Counted from the stretch's first letter, positions 22,578-31,390 are shown. The stretch is 35,619 bases of DNA from a virus (IMGVR_UViG_3300004633_000020:1-35619); one strand, 5' to 3'. A program made the numbers and translations. Notes: generated by a model from the sequence alone, not told the origin.

Positions 22578-23656
22578 TGCGCCAACGAGTCTCGGTGCAT
22601 GGGCGTGAAGGGATTGTCAAGTATCTCGATGATGCGGGGGCAGTGGTCTCACGCGGGCAGGCCACGATCGCCAAAGTCTTCTTCGATGATGGCGGGGTCA
22701 GTGCCTATCGCCTCGTGTTGCTCGAAGAAAAGGGCGGCGCGGGCTCCGGCAACTTCGGGCACGAGGGGCGCCCCGGTCAAGTCGGCGGGAGTGCGGCGGG
22801 GACGGGCGGCGGTGGGGGTGCGAGTGCCATGCCGCCGTTTCAGGTGCCGGGTGGATGGAACCATAGCGGCGTCACGTGGAAACAAGAGACCGATCCCGAC
22901 ACCGGCCGACCGATTCCCATTAAGGTCGCGACCGTCGAGGAAGCGATTCCGTTGGTGCTCGATGGCAAGGTGGTCGAAGTCCCGGATGCACGTGCGGCCT
23001 ATGTGCTCATCGACAAACTCGCCAAGATGGCGACCGACGCGAAAGCCAAAGGCGAGAAGGCGCCCGACTATGACCTCTGCAACGTCTCGGTGTCGGGGAG
23101 CAATTTGTTTTGTGCACAGATTGTCACTGACCCCGCGCATCCCAAAGGCTACTCACGGATCGAAATGCCGCAGTTTGGTGGCGAGCCGGTACCGGGGAGT
23201 GAAGCCGATAAATTACCGCGCCTCCCGTTCGACAAGTCGATTGTCGACGGCTCGCAGGAATTCATTTCGTACCTCAAAGGCCTCGGAATGAAAACGCAGA
23301 CCGAGACCGTGCCCGCCGCCCAGCTCAAAGCGAGTCAGCGTGAGCTGATTGGGCAAAAGGTCGCGGGGATCATGAAGCAGACGAAGTTCGATCCGGCCGA
23401 TGCGCCAGTCTTCGTGTCAAGCGATAGCTATGTCGTGGATGGGCATCACCGTTGGGCGGCCGTGGTCGGCAAGGATGCTGAGGATGGGACGCTCGGAGAC
23501 TCGAAGATGAAAATCATTCGGATCAACGCGCCGATCACCGAAGTGCTGCATCTCGGAACGGAGTGGGCGATGCGCTTCGGGATCAAGCAATCCGAAGGGG
23601 TGAAGAAGCAGGCGGCGGGTACGGGCCTGCACACGCCCCCGCCGAAGAAATCGTAG
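22574..23656 (+). CDS. Tagged cargo protein with ParB/Srx-like domain
   Basis: N-terminal repeated domain; GGAGSGNFGHEGRPG; V....LK.SQ...PVFVSSDSYVVDGHHRWAA. Confidence 0.8.
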   Translation: MMRQRVSVHGREGIVKYLDDAGAVVSRGQATIAKVFFDDGGVSAYRLVLLEEKGGAGSGNFGHEGRPGQVGGSAAGTGGGGGASAMPPFQVPGGWNHSGVTWKQETDPDTGRPIPIKVATVEEAIPLVLDGKVVEVPDARAAYVLIDKLAKMATDAKAKGEKAPDYDLCNVSVSGSNLFCAQIVTDPAHPKGYSRIEMPQFGGEPVPGSEADKLPRLPFDKSIVDGSQEFISYLKGLGMKTQTETVPAAQLKASQRELIGQKVAGIMKQTKFDPADAPVFVSSDSYVVDGHHRWAAVVGKDAEDGTLGDSKMKIIRINAPITEVLHLGTEWAMRFGIKQSEGVKKQAAGTGLHTPPPKKS

Positions 23657-23664
23657 AGGGTGTC

Positions 23665-25326
23665 ATGCGTGATGCCGACGACGCCATCGCGGAATTGATT
23701 GTGTTGACGGTGCAGTCCGCCGTGGCGCCGCTCGTCGAGCGGCTCACGCGGACCGAGCAGCGGATCGCGACGTGGAGTGAGCTACGCGATCGCGTGGTGG
23801 TGCTCGAGACCAAAGTCGCCATGGCGAATCCGCTCGCGCCTGTGCTGACAGAGTTCCGCGATCGGTTTGCGACGGTGCAGCGACGCATTGATAGTGTCGA
23901 GATGATCGCGCAGGCCTCGGTGCGACCTGTGGCGGATCTGCATGCGCGCGTGAAAGCGATTGAAACGACGCCGACCGTCTCAGCGCCGCCGCCGGTTGAT
24001 CTCGTGCCGATGATCGAGCGGCTGGTTGCGATCGAATCGACGCTGGACCCGTTGGACAATCTGCCTGCGCGCGTGATTGCGCTCGAAACGAAAGCGGCGC
24101 ACCCGTTGCCCCCGCTGCCAGAGGTGCCCGTGGTCGATCTCACGCCGGTCATCGAACGCGTGGTGGCCCTCGAAGCGACGATTGAGCCGTGGGCCGATGT
24201 GCCTGCGCGTCTCGTCACCCTCGAGACCAAAGCTGCCATGCCGCTGCCGGACTACCACGATCGCTTGACGTGGATCGATGGCCGTCTCGGGACCTTGCAC
24301 GAGCGGCAGGCCACACTCGAGGAACGCTTTGGGCCGCTCGATGGTGTGCGCGACAAAGTGATCGCGCTCGAAACGAAAGTCGCAACGCCGATCGCGTTGC
24401 CAGTCGTGCCGCCTGATCTCACCGAACGGGTTGAGGCGCTCGATGCGGTGGTTGATGGGCTCAAGGTTGCACAGGCGACCTGTGATGCGCAGCTCCGCGT
24501 GAAGGTGGCCACGCTCGAAACCAAGTCCACTGCGCTCGACACGTTGACCCATTTGCACGAGCGCGTGGCGGCGCTCGAAACACACCCGCCATTATCAACG
24601 CCGAGCGAGCGGGTCGATCTCGCGCCGCTTGAGCGCCGCCTCTCCGTCATCGAAACCAAAGCGGTCGGGGACGAGGCGCCGCAGATCGCGATGTTGCAGA
24701 GTGGCTTGCAGCAGATGGCCGGGGACATGGCGTCGCTCACGGCGCGGATGGATGACTGTGAAGCACGCATGGATGCGTGTGAAGCCAAGATGGGCGCGTA
24801 TGAGACCACGATGCCAGATATGACGATGGCCGTGCGGGACCTCGTGAAGGACGTCAGTACGGTGCGCGAGCGGATCGCGGCGGTGGAGGTGCGTGCGGCG
24901 ATTCCCGGTCCGCCGGGCCCGCAAGGCCCCGTGGGCCCGCAAGGACATGACGGGGCGATCGGTCCGGTTGGCCCCAGTGGTCCGGCCGGGCGCGACGGCG
25001 TCGACGGCGCCGATGGGATTGCCATTGAGGACCTCGCGATCACGCAGACCGGGGAGCGCTCGGTCACGCTGGGGTCGCCGCGCAAGGCCATCGGGACCGT
25101 GACGTTCCCGTTCGCGATTTATCGCGGCGTGTGGGTTGAGGGGCAGACCTATGAGCGCGGGGATGGGGTGACGTGGGCGGGCTCGATGTGGCACTGCAAT
25201 GAACCGACGACGACCAAGCCGGGCGATGGCACCAAGGCGTGGACGTTGACGGTCAAACGTGGGCGCGATGGCAAGGATGGCAAGGACGCGCCGGGCGTGC
25301 CGGTTGTCTCGGTGGGGAAACGATGA
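23665..25326 (+). CDS. Coiled-coil repeat plus collagen-like protein
   Basis: RV.ALETK repeats; Gly-X-Y run; YRGVW.EG..Y.RGD.VTW.GS.W...KPG...W.L.VKRGRDGKD C-terminus typical of this head-module gene. Confidence 0.85.
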   Translation: MRDADDAIAELIVLTVQSAVAPLVERLTRTEQRIATWSELRDRVVVLETKVAMANPLAPVLTEFRDRFATVQRRIDSVEMIAQASVRPVADLHARVKAIETTPTVSAPPPVDLVPMIERLVAIESTLDPLDNLPARVIALETKAAHPLPPLPEVPVVDLTPVIERVVALEATIEPWADVPARLVTLETKAAMPLPDYHDRLTWIDGRLGTLHERQATLEERFGPLDGVRDKVIALETKVATPIALPVVPPDLTERVEALDAVVDGLKVAQATCDAQLRVKVATLETKSTALDTLTHLHERVAALETHPPLSTPSERVDLAPLERRLSVIETKAVGDEAPQIAMLQSGLQQMAGDMASLTARMDDCEARMDACEAKMGAYETTMPDMTMAVRDLVKDVSTVRERIAAVEVRAAIPGPPGPQGPVGPQGHDGAIGPVGPSGPAGRDGVDGADGIAIEDLAITQTGERSVTLGSPRKAIGTVTFPFAIYRGVWVEGQTYERGDGVTWAGSMWHCNEPTTTKPGDGTKAWTLTVKRGRDGKDGKDAPGVPVVSVGKR

Positions 25327-25967
25327 CGACCCTTCCGGCGCTCGCGCCCGCGCGTGTCGCACGGCTCTGGCCGGGTGAACGCGTCGTGATTCTCGGCGGC
25401 GGTTCGTCACTCACGCCCGAAGACGTCGACGCCTGTCGGGGCAAGGCGCATGTGATTGCCATTAAGGAAGCGGTGCAGCTCGCGCCGTGGGCGGAGGTGC
25501 TCTATGCGGCTGATGCCAAGTGGTGGCGCTTCTATCACGGCGTCACGGACTTTGCGGGGCTGAAGTACGCGATTGAACAAGATGTCGATCAGGTCCGGAC
25601 GCAGTGGGAGGACTGGGGCATTACGGTGTTGCGCGCAACCGGCACCGAGGGCCTCGAACTCGATGCGAGCGGCCTGCGCACCGGCTACAACTCGGGGTAT
25701 CAGGCGGTGAATCTCGCCTATCACTTGGCCGGGGCGGCGACGGTGATCTTGCTGGGGTTCGATATGTGGACGGGCCCGAGTGGGCAGCAGAATTGGTTCG
25801 GCGCGCATCCGCTCCACACCAAATCGCCCTATCCGATTTTCCTGCACGCCTTTCGCACATTGGCCGGTCCGGCGCGTGCCGCTGGCCTGCGCATTATCAA
25901 CGCGTCGCGCTTCACCGTGCTCGCGTCGTTCCCCCGCCTGTCACTCGAGGAGGCTCTGACGTGTTGA
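25323..25967 (+). CDS. Glycosyltransferase-like protein (DUF115/MAF/sialyltransferase-like Rossmann fold)
   Basis: VVILGGGSSL, NSGYQAVNLAY..GA..VILLGFD, IINAS. Confidence 0.75.
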   Translation: MTTLPALAPARVARLWPGERVVILGGGSSLTPEDVDACRGKAHVIAIKEAVQLAPWAEVLYAADAKWWRFYHGVTDFAGLKYAIEQDVDQVRTQWEDWGITVLRATGTEGLELDASGLRTGYNSGYQAVNLAYHLAGAATVILLGFDMWTGPSGQQNWFGAHPLHTKSPYPIFLHAFRTLAGPARAAGLRIINASRFTVLASFPRLSLEEALTC

Positions 25968-26725
25968 AGCCGGTGTCGTACTGCGTGCCGGGCGAAGTGA
26001 CCTCGCCCAAATTTGCCTACGGGTTTGCGAAGGGCTGCAAGGGCTCCATTACGGACGAGTACACCTATCTCTTCGAGGGGCCGCTCGCGCTCTTTGCCTC
26101 GCCGCCGATGTGGCCGCTCATTCGTCGCGCGCAAGCGGCGGGGCGGACCATTTACTACGGCGACCATGGCTACTTCGGTCGGCGTCGTTTCTTTCGTATC
26201 ACGAAGAACGCGTATCAACACGATGGCCGTGGCACGGCGAGCCCCGATCGGTGGATCTTCTTTCAACGCCCGATGCAGCCATGGCGTAAAACGGGCCGCA
26301 CGATTCTGGTTTGCCCGAATACGGCGACCTATTTTGGGTTGCACGGGCTGAATGTCGATCGCTGGTTAATTGAGGTGCGCGAAACGCTGGCTCGTGTGAC
26401 GGACCGGCCGATTCGCATTCGGTGGAAGGTGACGGCGCGCCCGATCGAAGACGACCTCGCCGATGCGTGGGCGGTGGTGGTGTTCAGCAGTGCGGCGGCG
26501 CTCGATGGGCTTGTGGCAGGCGTGCCATGTGTCACGCTCGCGCCGTGGGCGGCGTCGCGCCGCATGGGCCTCACCGACCTGACGCAGATCGAATCGCCGA
26601 TCTATCCCGACGATCGCGACCCGTTCTTCTGGAATCTTGCGAATCACCAATGGACATGGCAAGAAATCTTCGGGGGCGTGGCATGGCGAGCCCTGCAAGA
26701 GGAAGAGGAGACTCGTGCTGCCTAA
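25961..26725 (+). CDS. GT-B glycosyltransferase, capsule-synthesis (KpsS-like) type
   Basis: GAGGAGG RBS; D.GYF, RPI.IR.K, AVVVFSS.AA.D.LV.GVP. Confidence 0.7.
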   Translation: MLKPVSYCVPGEVTSPKFAYGFAKGCKGSITDEYTYLFEGPLALFASPPMWPLIRRAQAAGRTIYYGDHGYFGRRRFFRITKNAYQHDGRGTASPDRWIFFQRPMQPWRKTGRTILVCPNTATYFGLHGLNVDRWLIEVRETLARVTDRPIRIRWKVTARPIEDDLADAWAVVVFSSAAALDGLVAGVPCVTLAPWAASRRMGLTDLTQIESPIYPDDRDPFFWNLANHQWTWQEIFGGVAWRALQEEEETRAA

Positions 26726-27476
26726 TCGCGATCGCCATCCCGGTCGGCGTGTCTTTCTCGGCTTCGATGCCCACGAAATGGTGGCGTGCAACGTGGCCGA
26801 ATATTCGCTCTATCGCTATGCCTCGCGGAATCTGATCGCGGTCGATCGGATCTCGATGACGTCGTTGCATCAACATTACACGCGGCCAACGACGACGCTG
26901 CCGAATGGGCAATTGTTCGATGAGATCTCGGACGCGCCCATGAGCACGAGTCATGCGATCGCGCGCTTCTTTGTGCCGTTCCTTTGTCATTATCAAGGCT
27001 GGGCGCTCTTTACCGATGGGGACGTGCTCTTTCGGACCGACGTCAACGAGTTGTTCGCGCTCGCCAAACCGGAATACGCCGTGATGTGCGTGCAGCATCC
27101 GCCGCTCTTAGAAGAAGGCGTCAAAAAAGCGGGGCACGTGCAACAAGCCTATCCCCGCAAAAACTGGTCGAGTGTCGTGTTGTTCAACTGCGGGCATCTC
27201 TCGAATCGCCAACTCACGTTAGAGGTGCTCAATGCGTGGCCGGGCCGGGATCTGCATGCGTTTACATGGTTGCGTGAGCACGAGATTGGCGAGCTGCCCG
27301 CGCGGTGGAATCATCTGGTGGGCGTGAGCCCGCCGGATCCGACGGCGGCGATCGTGCACTACACGCTCGGCACACCGAATCTCGAGGGCCACCAGCAGGA
27401 CGCGTTTTCGGCGGAGTGGTTTACCTCGGCGCGTGTCGCCGGGTATCGCTTTGCGGCGGCGTTCGCGACTGAATAA
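26715..27476 (+). CDS. GT-A glycosyltransferase (GT8-like)
   Basis: VFLGFD, RFFVPFL, FTDGD DxD motif, YPRKNWSS, WNHLV, HYT.G.P. Confidence 0.85.
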   Translation: MLPNRDRHPGRRVFLGFDAHEMVACNVAEYSLYRYASRNLIAVDRISMTSLHQHYTRPTTTLPNGQLFDEISDAPMSTSHAIARFFVPFLCHYQGWALFTDGDVLFRTDVNELFALAKPEYAVMCVQHPPLLEEGVKKAGHVQQAYPRKNWSSVVLFNCGHLSNRQLTLEVLNAWPGRDLHAFTWLREHEIGELPARWNHLVGVSPPDPTAAIVHYTLGTPNLEGHQQDAFSAEWFTSARVAGYRFAAAFATE

Positions 27477-27488
27477 GAGAGGACTGTG

Positions 27489-27716
27489 ATGACTGACCAT
27501 CGACGAGTACCGAAGCGCGACGAGCCGCATCGGCCCGCGCCTGAGCCCGAGCCCGACGAGACGTCGGAGCCGACTGATGATGCGACGCCGAGCCGTGCGC
27601 CCTCTGCGCCTAGTCCACCGTCCACGCATACGGAACCGGGCATCCCGCCCGGATCGGGACTGGCGCCGTCGCCGCCCTCGCCACAGCCCAGACCGCCAGA
27701 ACCGACCGAGGACTGA
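27489..27716 (+). CDS. Pro-rich low-complexity small protein
   Basis: GAGAGGA RBS; fills the gap between GT genes. Confidence 0.5.
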   Translation: MTDHRRVPKRDEPHRPAPEPEPDETSEPTDDATPSRAPSAPSPPSTHTEPGIPPGSGLAPSPPSPQPRPPEPTED

Positions 27717-27738
27717 CGAATGAAAGTGGCGGCTGAAC

Positions 27739-28698
27739 TTGCATATCGGTTACGGGCGCGTGAGGCGCGGGGGGTGTGCCATCGGTTGGGGTGACGAAAT
27801 CGTGGCAGCGGGCCAAGCGCAACGGTTGTACGATGCGAATCCGTCGACGCGCATCACGATCTGTGATGCGGTCGGGACGCCGCGTTGGCATCCGATCTGG
27901 CAGGGCAATCCGATCATTGCGACGCCCGATCAAGTGCGGTGTGGTGAGCCGGTGCGCGAGATTATCAACGCGCCGAATGCGCGGCCCTACATCGTCTATC
28001 CGTTTACGAAAGAGACCGGCTGGACCTTTAATCAGCGCTTCCACTGTCGCGAGCATGTCGCCAAGCTCTATCTCACGCCGAGCGAGATCGCGCGGGGGCT
28101 CGATGCGCTGGCGCAGTACGGCCCGTACGTCCTGATTGAGCCGTACACCAAGCACGAGAACTTTCGCTGGCCCTATGCGCGCTGGGCCGCGTTGGTGGCG
28201 CACTGTCCGGATCTGACCTTTGTGCAGCATGTGCATCATGAGTCGTTCATTCCCATTCCCGGCGCGCACCACGAACACGCGACCTTTCGTGAGGCCTGCG
28301 GGTTGGTGGCAGCGGCGACCTGTTATGTGCGATCCGAAAGCGGCCTGTGCCATGCGGCGGCTGCGTTGGGCACCCCGCAAGTCACGATCTTCGGGGGCTG
28401 CATGGATGCGAACGTGATGGGTGGGTACGTTGGCCAGACGTGTCTCGTCGACGGGTCGACGGACACCCCCTGCGGTCGATGGCAGGCCTGTGCGCATTGT
28501 GCAGCGGCGATGCAGCGGCTCACCGTCGAGACTGTGGCGGACACGCTGCGCCTGCGGTTGCTCTGTCCACTCGGTCCCGGCGACACCGCGTTCGTGGTGC
28601 CTGAGGATGAGGCGTTGCCGGATCTGACCGTGGTGGCGAGCGATCCCGTCCTCCCACCGCCGCGACTGCGACGACGGAGGGCCCATGGCGCGGAGTGA
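27739..28698 (+). CDS. GT9 (heptosyltransferase-like) glycosyltransferase; start uncertain
   Basis: GWGDEI; ESGLCHAAAALGTP.VTIFG; PCG...C.HC..AM..LTVE.V. Confidence 0.8.
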   Translation: MHIGYGRVRRGGCAIGWGDEIVAAGQAQRLYDANPSTRITICDAVGTPRWHPIWQGNPIIATPDQVRCGEPVREIINAPNARPYIVYPFTKETGWTFNQRFHCREHVAKLYLTPSEIARGLDALAQYGPYVLIEPYTKHENFRWPYARWAALVAHCPDLTFVQHVHHESFIPIPGAHHEHATFREACGLVAAATCYVRSESGLCHAAAALGTPQVTIFGGCMDANVMGGYVGQTCLVDGSTDTPCGRWQACAHCAAAMQRLTVETVADTLRLRLLCPLGPGDTAFVVPEDEALPDLTVVASDPVLPPPRLRRRRAHGAE

Positions 28699-29026
28699 TC
28701 TCGTGACGCTCGAGGAAGCGAAGGACCATCTCCGCGTCTCGGGCAATCGGCTCAATGCGGACATCCAAGCCAAACTCGACGCCTCGGTGGCGATCGTCTA
28801 CGACTATTTGCAGCGGCGGGATACGGTGTGGAATGCGGCGATGGAAGACTGGACGGCGGACACGGTCCCGCTGTCGATCAAGCAGGCGATTCTCATTCAA
28901 CTCGGGGAACTCGATCGGCGGCGCGGGGATGATGCGAACCAAGACACACCGCAAGCCGATCGCGATTATTTATCGCCCACGGTGATGGCGCTCTTGAAAC
29001 GCCATCGGGATCCGGCACTCGCATGA
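28685..29026 (+). CDS. Head-tail connector (HK97 gp6-like)
   Basis: LVTLEEAKDHLRV, VP..IKQAIL...L...R, LL..HRDP. Confidence 0.9.
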   Translation: MARSDLVTLEEAKDHLRVSGNRLNADIQAKLDASVAIVYDYLQRRDTVWNAAMEDWTADTVPLSIKQAILIQLGELDRRRGDDANQDTPQADRDYLSPTVMALLKRHRDPALA

Positions 29027-29340
29027 GACGCATTGCGGCGGCCGCCAAAAACCAATTCGTGTGGCTCGATAAGCCGTTACCGGAGGACGAGGACGTGCCG
29101 CCGGAGCCGAAGACGCTTGATCCGAATTGGGCGTGGGTCTCGATTCAGCCGAGCCCACCGGGGCCCTATGACGAGAACAAAGTGTCTCACGTGGTGCACA
29201 TGGATTATCACCCGGACATGACGCTCAACACGCGGCTGACCACCGAGGATGGGCGCCAGCTCTGGGTGCGTGGCATGCAAGACGTTGAGACCAAGCATGT
29301 CGAACACATCCTGTTTTGTGAGGAGGTGCTCACGCCATGA
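29023..29340 (+). CDS. Head closure/head-tail adaptor (SPP1 gp16-like)
   Basis: Position after gp6; WVSIQP, H.V.M.YHP......RL, L.CEE. Confidence 0.75.
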   Translation: MRRIAAAAKNQFVWLDKPLPEDEDVPPEPKTLDPNWAWVSIQPSPPGPYDENKVSHVVHMDYHPDMTLNTRLTTEDGRQLWVRGMQDVETKHVEHILFCEEVLTP

Positions 29341-29771
29341 TCAAAATCGAGTGGAGTGGGCTCACGGAATTCCTGCAACAGTTTCATGGCATCCCCTCGG
29401 ATATCGAGCAGACGGCGCGCACGATTATCACGACGGAAACCGAAGGGGCCGCGCAGGAAATTCGGCAAGAGCTGGAACACGTCTATCAATCACGGACCGG
29501 GAATCTCGTGAACGGCGTGCGCACGTTCTATCCCAAAGGCACGCTCTACATGGGGATCGTGCGCAATGTCTCGCCGCACTCGCATTTGATGGAGTGGGGC
29601 ACCAAGGATCGGTTTTACGGGCGCGCCCGACGCGGCAAGATTCAACAGCCCGAGCCGAAGATTACCCCGGTCATTGCCCGGCGCCGCCGAGCGCGCATGT
29701 CGCGGCAGCTCGTCGACATGTTGCGGGAGATGGGGTTTGAGGTCAGTGGGTACGAGGAGAGCAGTGCATAG
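29337..29771 (+). CDS. HK97 gp10-like tail completion protein
   Basis: I..SGL.E, RTGNL, PH.HLMEWGT. Confidence 0.8.
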   Translation: MIKIEWSGLTEFLQQFHGIPSDIEQTARTIITTETEGAAQEIRQELEHVYQSRTGNLVNGVRTFYPKGTLYMGIVRNVSPHSHLMEWGTKDRFYGRARRGKIQQPEPKITPVIARRRRARMSRQLVDMLREMGFEVSGYEESSA

Positions 29772-31353
29772 CGCCGCGTTCAACTACGTGCGGAGTGTGG
29801 TGGCGCGGGGGCTGCCCGAGGGCGGCGTGATCGAAATTGGATCGCGGGATGTCAACGGCAGTGTGCGTCCGCTCTTTGCTGGTCGCCCGTACACCGGGAT
29901 CGATCTCGCTCCGGGGCCGGGCGTGGATGTCATCTCGCCCGGCCATGTCTACACGCCGCTGATGACGCCCAGCGTGGTGGTGTGCACGGAAGTGCTCGAG
30001 CACACGGCCACCGGAGCCGAGCTGTGCGCGCACGTCTATGACTACTTGGCGGATGGGGGCGTGTTCATCGTGACGGCGGCGGGGCCCGATCGCGCCGCGC
30101 ATTCCGCGATCGATGGGCTCGCGCTGCGTGCCGATGAGTATTACGGCAACGTCTATCCCGATACGTTGCGGGCGTGGCTCCGGCCCTTTCAGGATGTGCA
30201 GATCATCGTGAACTCCGAGACCCACGACATCTATGCCACCGCGTGGAAAGGCGAACGGGTCGTGCACGATTTTCAATGGCGCAAGCGCGTGTTGCTGGTG
30301 CATCCGGGTGCGAGCTTCGCCACCGCCGATGTGTATGACGGCTTGCATTACGGCCTGACCAAACACGGGATCCGGACCTACGAATATCGCCTCGATGTCA
30401 AATTCAAGCGCGCGAAAAACTGGTTGAACTACAACGCGCGGCAGGCGCGCAAAGTGAATCCCGAGATTCCCAAACCCACGAATGCGGACATCCTGTATCA
30501 AGCGGGTATTGGCATTCTCGAGCGCGCCCTGCGGTATCAGGTCGACACCGTGATCGTGGTCAGTGCCTTGCTCTTACATCCCGATGTCGTGGTGTTGCTC
30601 AAGCGCGCGGGTGTGCATGTGACCGTGCTCTTTACGGAAACGCCGTACGACATGGACCGCGAACTCAAATTGGCGTCGCTCGTGGATGGCTGTTGGACGA
30701 ACGAACGGGTCACGCTCGCCGATTTTCAACGGGTCAATCCGCGCGTCGGGTATTTGCCGCATGCATGGCATCCCGAACGGCATCGCGTGGATGTGGCGCT
30801 TCCTGCTGACACGCCCGCCTATGACGTGGTGTTTGTCGGATCGGGGTTTCCCGAACGGATCGCGTGGCTCAATGCGATTGATTGGCGGGGCATCAATCTC
30901 GGGCTCTTTGGCACATGGGATAAGCGTGAGTTAAAACCCGAGGTGGCCGCGTCTATTCGCGCCAAGCAAATCACGAATCAGTACGCCGCTGAGTTGTACC
31001 GACGGTGCAAGGTCGGGATCAACCTGTATCGCAACTCGACCGGGTTCGGTCCGTTCTCGAGCCCGATTGTGCGCGCGGAATCGTTGAACCCGCGCGCCTA
31101 CGAGCTGGCGGCGCTCGGGGTGTTTCATGTCTCCGATCATCGTGACGAAGTGACGGAGATTTTTGGGGACCTCGTGCCGACGTTTCGGACGGCCGAGGAA
31201 GCGACCGCATTGTTACGGCGGTGGCTCGCCGACGATGCCGGTCGCGCCCGGATTGCGTCACAACTTCCGGCCCGTGTGGCCGAGTCGTCGTGGGTGGAAC
31301 GAGCCGCCCTCGTCATCGGGGACGTGCAGACGCTTTTAGCGTCTGCTGCGTGA
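29764..31353 (+). CDS. SAM-methyltransferase fused to CgeB-like (GT-B) glycosyltransferase
   Basis: VIEIGSRDVNG, YTGID...GPGVD, CTEVLEH; then YDVVFVGS, K.GINL.R, NPRAYELAA.G.F. GAGGAG RBS before GTG 29764. Confidence 0.85.
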   Translation: MHSAAFNYVRSVVARGLPEGGVIEIGSRDVNGSVRPLFAGRPYTGIDLAPGPGVDVISPGHVYTPLMTPSVVVCTEVLEHTATGAELCAHVYDYLADGGVFIVTAAGPDRAAHSAIDGLALRADEYYGNVYPDTLRAWLRPFQDVQIIVNSETHDIYATAWKGERVVHDFQWRKRVLLVHPGASFATADVYDGLHYGLTKHGIRTYEYRLDVKFKRAKNWLNYNARQARKVNPEIPKPTNADILYQAGIGILERALRYQVDTVIVVSALLLHPDVVVLLKRAGVHVTVLFTETPYDMDRELKLASLVDGCWTNERVTLADFQRVNPRVGYLPHAWHPERHRVDVALPADTPAYDVVFVGSGFPERIAWLNAIDWRGINLGLFGTWDKRELKPEVAASIRAKQITNQYAAELYRRCKVGINLYRNSTGFGPFSSPIVRAESLNPRAYELAALGVFHVSDHRDEVTEIFGDLVPTFRTAEEATALLRRWLADDAGRARIASQLPARVAESSWVERAALVIGDVQTLLASAA

Positions 31354-31390
31354 CGGTGCTGCACATGCACCGTTGGACGAGAGGGGCACG

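Noticed and set aside
16494-22792. Tag repeats as a CRISPR array or DNA-level repeat
   Set aside because: Copies are kilobases apart, in frame and synonymously diverged, so conservation is at the protein level.
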